From Minisyncoccota bacterium (GTDB lineage: Bacteria; Patescibacteriota; Minisyncoccia; Phycocordibacterales; GWA1-40-21), in the NCBI GenBank assembly GCA_041656855.1, contig JBBACS010000003.1, forward strand, positions 4,902 through 68,901: a stretch of DNA of 64,000 nucleotides. Reading direction: 5' to 3'. Positions 60,084-64,000 of the stretch are shown here, piece by piece. The translations under genes were made by a program, and so were the position numbers. Positions within the stretch are counted from its first letter, which is position 1. Each line of letters opens with the position of its first letter. Under the pieces are notes generated by a model. It searched no databases. It was given only the letters and a program-made list of their open reading frames with translations, and was not told the DNA's origin.

Positions 60084-62027
60084 ATGACTCATCTTTTAGG
60101 ATTAAACCCACAACAAAAAGAGGCCGTTTTGCAAAAAGACGGACCGATTTTAATAATAGCCGGAGCAGGAGCTGGAAAAACAAAAACAATTGCTCATAGG
60201 ATTTTGCATTTAATAAAAGATGGAGTCCACCCTGAAAATATATTGGCCATCACTTTTACAAACAAAGCTGCAAAAGAAATGCGGGAAAGAGTAGAAAAAA
60301 TTATTTCTTCTGATAAAAACTTAAATATTCCATTAAGTTATCATTACAAACCATTTATAAGTACTTTTCACTCACTTGGAGTCCATATAATAAAAGAAAA
60401 TAGTCATCTCATTGGTCTTACAAAAAACTTCACCATCATGGACAGGGGTGACTCAACCAAGCTTGTGAAAGAATGTTTAAAAAGTTTAGATGTAGATCCA
60501 AAACAGTTTGAACCAAGCAAAATATTAAAAATTATTTCTCGTGAAAAAGGGGATTTGAATACTGCGGAAAGTTATTCAAAAGATGCAGAAGATGGATACA
60601 CTTTAAAATCTGTCACAGCTAGAATTTGGCCGATGTATGAACAAAAACTTGCAAAAGAAAAAGCTTTGGACTTCGATGACCTACTTTTAAAAACATACAA
60701 CATATTAAAAAATCACAAGGATGTTTTAGAAAAATATCAAAATCTTTGGAAATATATTCACATAGATGAATATCAAGATACAAACAAGGTTCAGTATATG
60801 ACAGCAAAACTTTTGGCAGAAAAAAACAGAAACATTTGCGTAGTGGGAGATATAGACCAAAGTATTTATAGCTGGCGTGGAGCAGACATTCAAAATATTT
60901 TAAGTTTTGAAGAGGACTATAGAGAAGCAAAAGTTATTTTACTCGAGGAAAATTATCGTTCAACACAAACAATTCTTGCAGTGGCAAATGAAGTCATACA
61001 AAAAAATAAATTGAGAAAAGATAAAAATTTGTTTACAAAGAATGATGTCGGTGAAAAAGTTTCATTTTTGAAAGCTTTGAACGAAAGGGAAGAAGCTAGA
61101 TTCATCGCAAGAAAATCACAAGAACTAATATCAAAAGGGGTCAGTGCTCGGGAAATAGCCGTGCTTTATAGGGCTAATTTCCAATCTCGTGTGCTTGAAG
61201 AGGCATTTCTGACTGAGAGCATTCCGTACCAAGTTTTAGGTACAAAATTCTTTGAAAGAAAAGAGGTAAAAGATGTTCTTTCATATTTACGAGCAAGTAT
61301 GAATCCAGAAAGTTTAAGTGATTTGAAAAGAATTATAAATATTCCTGCGAGAGGAATAGGAAAAGTTACTATGTTAAAAATATTCGAGGGAGGAAAAGAT
61401 AAATTTCCAGAAGGAGTAAAAGAAAAAATAAATAGTTTTTTCAATTTACTCACAAAAATCAAAAATGAAACTGAAAAATTAAAACCATCGGAGGTAATTA
61501 AATATATTATAAAAGAATCAGGACTTGAACTTGAACTCCAAAGGGGAACAGATGAAGACAAAGAACGTTTGGAAAATATGCGCGAGCTTGCAACTCTGGC
61601 AATAAAATATGATCATCTAGAAAAACCGCAAGGTATAGAAAAACTTTTAGAAGAATCTGCTCTTGCCTCAGACCAAGATACTTTAGAAAAAAATGAAAAC
61701 GCTGTAAAGCTTATGACAGTGCACGCGTCAAAAGGTTTAGAGTTTGATTATATTTTTATCACTGGGCTTGAGCAAGATTTATTTCCACATCAAGGAATGG
61801 GTACGGAGGCAAAAACACCAGAAGAAATGGAAGAGGAGAGAAGATTGTTTTACGTGGCTTTGACTCGTGCAAGAAAAAAGCTATTCTTATCATATGCAGA
61901 GATGCGAACAATTTATGGTTCAGAGCAAATGAATCTGCCATCAATTTTCCTTGGAGAATTTGATAATGATTATTTAGAAGAAGAAAATTTTGAATATAGA
62001 GAAAAAATTGTCTACTTAGAGTGGTAA
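60084..62027 (+). CDS. pcrA: ATP-dependent DNA helicase PcrA/UvrD family
   Basis: LNPQQKEAV, IIAGAGAGKTKTI, ITFTNKAA, HIDEYQDTN, VGDIDQSIYSWRGA, LEENYRS, VHASKGLEF and YVALTRA. ATG at 60084. Confidence 0.95.
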   Translation: MTHLLGLNPQQKEAVLQKDGPILIIAGAGAGKTKTIAHRILHLIKDGVHPENILAITFTNKAAKEMRERVEKIISSDKNLNIPLSYHYKPFISTFHSLGVHIIKENSHLIGLTKNFTIMDRGDSTKLVKECLKSLDVDPKQFEPSKILKIISREKGDLNTAESYSKDAEDGYTLKSVTARIWPMYEQKLAKEKALDFDDLLLKTYNILKNHKDVLEKYQNLWKYIHIDEYQDTNKVQYMTAKLLAEKNRNICVVGDIDQSIYSWRGADIQNILSFEEDYREAKVILLEENYRSTQTILAVANEVIQKNKLRKDKNLFTKNDVGEKVSFLKALNEREEARFIARKSQELISKGVSAREIAVLYRANFQSRVLEEAFLTESIPYQVLGTKFFERKEVKDVLSYLRASMNPESLSDLKRIINIPARGIGKVTMLKIFEGGKDKFPEGVKEKINSFFNLLTKIKNETEKLKPSEVIKYIIKESGLELELQRGTDEDKERLENMRELATLAIKYDHLEKPQGIEKLLEESALASDQDTLEKNENAVKLMTVHASKGLEFDYIFITGLEQDLFPHQGMGTEAKTPEEMEEERRLFYVALTRARKKLFLSYAEMRTIYGSEQMNLPSIFLGEFDNDYLEEENFEYREKIVYLEW

Positions 62028-62107
62028 AGTTTTTGATTCATCAAAAACTTTACCCCGTCAAATTGGCTTTTCATTTGACCGGGGTAGAAAATAATAAAAC
62101 AACCAAA

Positions 62108-62905
62108 ATGCAAAACATAATAGCAAAAAAATCTTTAGGACAAAACTTTTTGAAATCAAAGTTGGCTCTTTTGGCTATGATAAAAGCAGGAGAGATTACA
62201 AACAAAGACACTGTCCTTGAAATAGGCCCGGGGCAGGGAGCTCTTACAGAAAAACTTTTAGAAACTGGTGGAAAAGTTATCGCCGTAGAAAAAGATGACA
62301 GATTGATTGAATTTCTAAATGAAAAATTTGCAAACGAAAAAAAGAAAGGGCAATTTAAACTTATTCATGACGATATTTTAGAATTAGATTTGGATACAAT
62401 AGGGTTAAAAAACGGTAATTTTAAACTAATCGCGAACATTCCATACTATATTACAGGTCTTATCTTCCGAAAATTCCTAGAAGGCAATATTCAGCCGTCA
62501 AAACTTGTAATAATGGTACAAAAGGAGATTGCAGATAGAATAATCGCCCGTGACGAGAAAGAAAGTCTGCTTTCGCTTAGTGTAAAGGCCTATGGAATGG
62601 CTAAAAAGATAATGAAAGTGGAAAAAGAAAACTTTAGTCCAGCTCCAAAAGTAGATTCTGCCATACTATTAGTAGACAACATTTCCAAGGTCTTTTTTGA
62701 AGAAATTGACGAAAAATCATTTTTTGAAGTAATAAAAACTGGCTTTGCTCACAAAAGAAAGATGTTAATAGCCAATTTAAAGGAAAAATTTGGTAAAAAT
62801 GACTTACAAAAGATATTTCAAGATCTAAAAATATCAGAAAAGACTCGTTCTGAAGACTTGAAACTTGAAAATTGGAAAGAATTGATTAAGAAATTCAATA
62901 TTTAA
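62108..62905 (+). CDS. rsmA: 16S rRNA (adenine1518/1519-N6)-dimethyltransferase RsmA/KsgA
   Basis: KKSLGQNFL, VLEIGPGQGALT and ANIPYYIT. ATG at 62108. Confidence 0.9.
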   Translation: MQNIIAKKSLGQNFLKSKLALLAMIKAGEITNKDTVLEIGPGQGALTEKLLETGGKVIAVEKDDRLIEFLNEKFANEKKKGQFKLIHDDILELDLDTIGLKNGNFKLIANIPYYITGLIFRKFLEGNIQPSKLVIMVQKEIADRIIARDEKESLLSLSVKAYGMAKKIMKVEKENFSPAPKVDSAILLVDNISKVFFEEIDEKSFFEVIKTGFAHKRKMLIANLKEKFGKNDLQKIFQDLKISEKTRSEDLKLENWKELIKKFNI

Positions 62906-63113
62906 ATACAAAAAGTTTTTTGCCTATAAAAACATTACGTCGCACCTATAGGACGATGGTGCGACTTTGTTTACTTATGAGCTGTACCCAGCGATTTAGT
63001 AAACAAGAAGTACTCCTGTGGTGCGACGCGATTTCGCAAAATCGTCTTTGTATTTTCTTGTTATTAATTATATAATTACCGCGAGTATATTGTTTATTAT
63101 TAATAATTTAAAT

Positions 63114-64000
63114 ATGAAAAAACTAACAACTCTTTTTTTAATTTTCATGACACTCGGGCTAGCATTCATAGCTAGTGCACAAGTTATTCTTGGTCCATCA
63201 ACTTCAGGAACAAATCCATCCACCACAGCGTCATCTGAATCTATATTCACAAGAAATTTGTCGGTTGGATCTTATGGCAAAGATGTCATGGCCCTCAAAA
63301 AAATACTTGGATTAGAACTTGGAACAACAGTAAACACATCGCCAACTTTTACATCAACGACAGCAAGTGATGTTAAAAAATTACAAGAAAAATATGCTGT
63401 GGAAATCCTTATACCAAATAGCTTATCAGCTGGAACTGGTTTTGTCGGTGTATCCACAAGAACAAAATTAAATCAATTAGCTATAAAATATTACATAAAT
63501 CTAAGTGATTTTACTTTGCCGGCGTCAGCTTCTACGGCTTCTACAGCGAGCGCTACAAAAGTTTTTTTTCTAACAACATTAAAACTAGGCTCTACTGGAG
63601 GTGAAGTAACATTATTAAAAATAATACTAAATTCAGATACAAGCACTGCGCTTATTCCAAAAAATTCAACAAACGTTTTTGACTTAGCAACGCAAGACGC
63701 GGTAAACAAATTCCAAGAGAAATACGCCAGTGAAATATTAGCTCCATCAGGACTAACACAGGGGGTTGGACAAGTAGGACCATCAACAAGAAAGAAGTTA
63801 AATTCAATAATAAATGCTATTTTGGCTTCCGCACAATCAGCGAATGCATCAACAACAAATGGTCTCTCAACAGAAATCTTAAGGACAATTTCCAACAATA
63901 CTGAATTTCAAACCTATAGTCCTTCAAATACAACAGGCATATCACCAACGGTTTCTAAATATAAACCTTATGGAACTTTAATATCCTCATCTGATTGTGA
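63114..64000 (+). CDS. exported protein with repeated peptidoglycan-binding (PG_binding_1-like) domains, 3' end beyond the window
   Basis: Not in the track because there is no stop in the window. MKKLTTLFLIFMTLGLAFIASA signal. Two repeats of the type G..V..LK.IL......F...T...V.KFQEKYA.EIL.P.GL..G.G.VG..TR.KLN. Confidence 0.7.
   Translation, partial: MKKLTTLFLIFMTLGLAFIASAQVILGPSTSGTNPSTTASSESIFTRNLSVGSYGKDVMALKKILGLELGTTVNTSPTFTSTTASDVKKLQEKYAVEILIPNSLSAGTGFVGVSTRTKLNQLAIKYYINLSDFTLPASASTASTASATKVFFLTTLKLGSTGGEVTLLKIILNSDTSTALIPKNSTNVFDLATQDAVNKFQEKYASEILAPSGLTQGVGQVGPSTRKKLNSIINAILASAQSANASTTNGLSTEILRTISNNTEFQTYSPSNTTGISPTVSKYKPYGTLISSSDC

Noticed and set aside
1-64000. Alternative genetic code (UGA recoding, as in some CPR relatives)
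   Set aside because: Conserved long genes (pnp, pcrA, recJ, rny, cca, the 1800-aa protein) are uninterrupted under code 11. UGA closes at least one clean ORF (29603..29938). No suppressor-like tRNA was seen.

Overview
AT-rich (about one-third G+C by eye), gene-dense bacterial chromosome segment in the standard genetic code. UGA is used as a stop and no long conserved ORF is interrupted. The gene content suggests a Patescibacteria/CPR (Parcubacteria-like) genome: small housekeeping genes, type IV pilus pilMNO, a ComEC/ComM/RecJ DNA-uptake set, class I aldolase plus TpiA, one giant NHL-repeat surface protein, many tiny membrane proteins and almost no biosynthesis. I call about 70 CDS and 11 tRNAs. 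None of the tRNAs encodes CCA, and a CCA-adding enzyme gene is present. I found no rRNA, CRISPR array or transposase. Many ORF-track entries are antisense shadows, or N-terminal over-extensions from TTG/GTG codons, and I trimmed those to the first convincing ATG. The most unusual signal is non-coding. Eight of the 11 tRNA genes are associated with a 115-220 nt structured element rebuilt from the 3' end of its own tRNA: an antisense copy of acceptor, T-stem and T-loop, a structured insert, then a sense copy of T-stem and acceptor. There are nine full copies plus fragments. They share two conserved insert modules whose helices covary between copies. In most loci the element is joined to the tRNA by a long, often perfect, inverted repeat that starts inside the acceptor stem. 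I cannot match this to any RNA family or mobile element I know, and it is my main candidate for an undescribed system. Other repeat families are: a TIR-bounded 134-181 bp element that always abuts a start codon (3 copies); a repeat that supplies the stop codon of two unrelated genes; 110-nt direct repeats flanking yraN; a 13-nt motif AAAATATGGCT(T)AA (5 copies within 5 kb); and GC-clamped palindromes. Protein-level oddities include a RuvX/YqgF fused to a tRNA-binding domain, an RNase HI with a C-terminal hybrid-binding-like domain, an rpsO-pnp pair split by two inserted genes, and an islet of strong-SD orphan genes beside tRNA-Lys. All calls come from reading the sequence and translations by eye; no searches were run.
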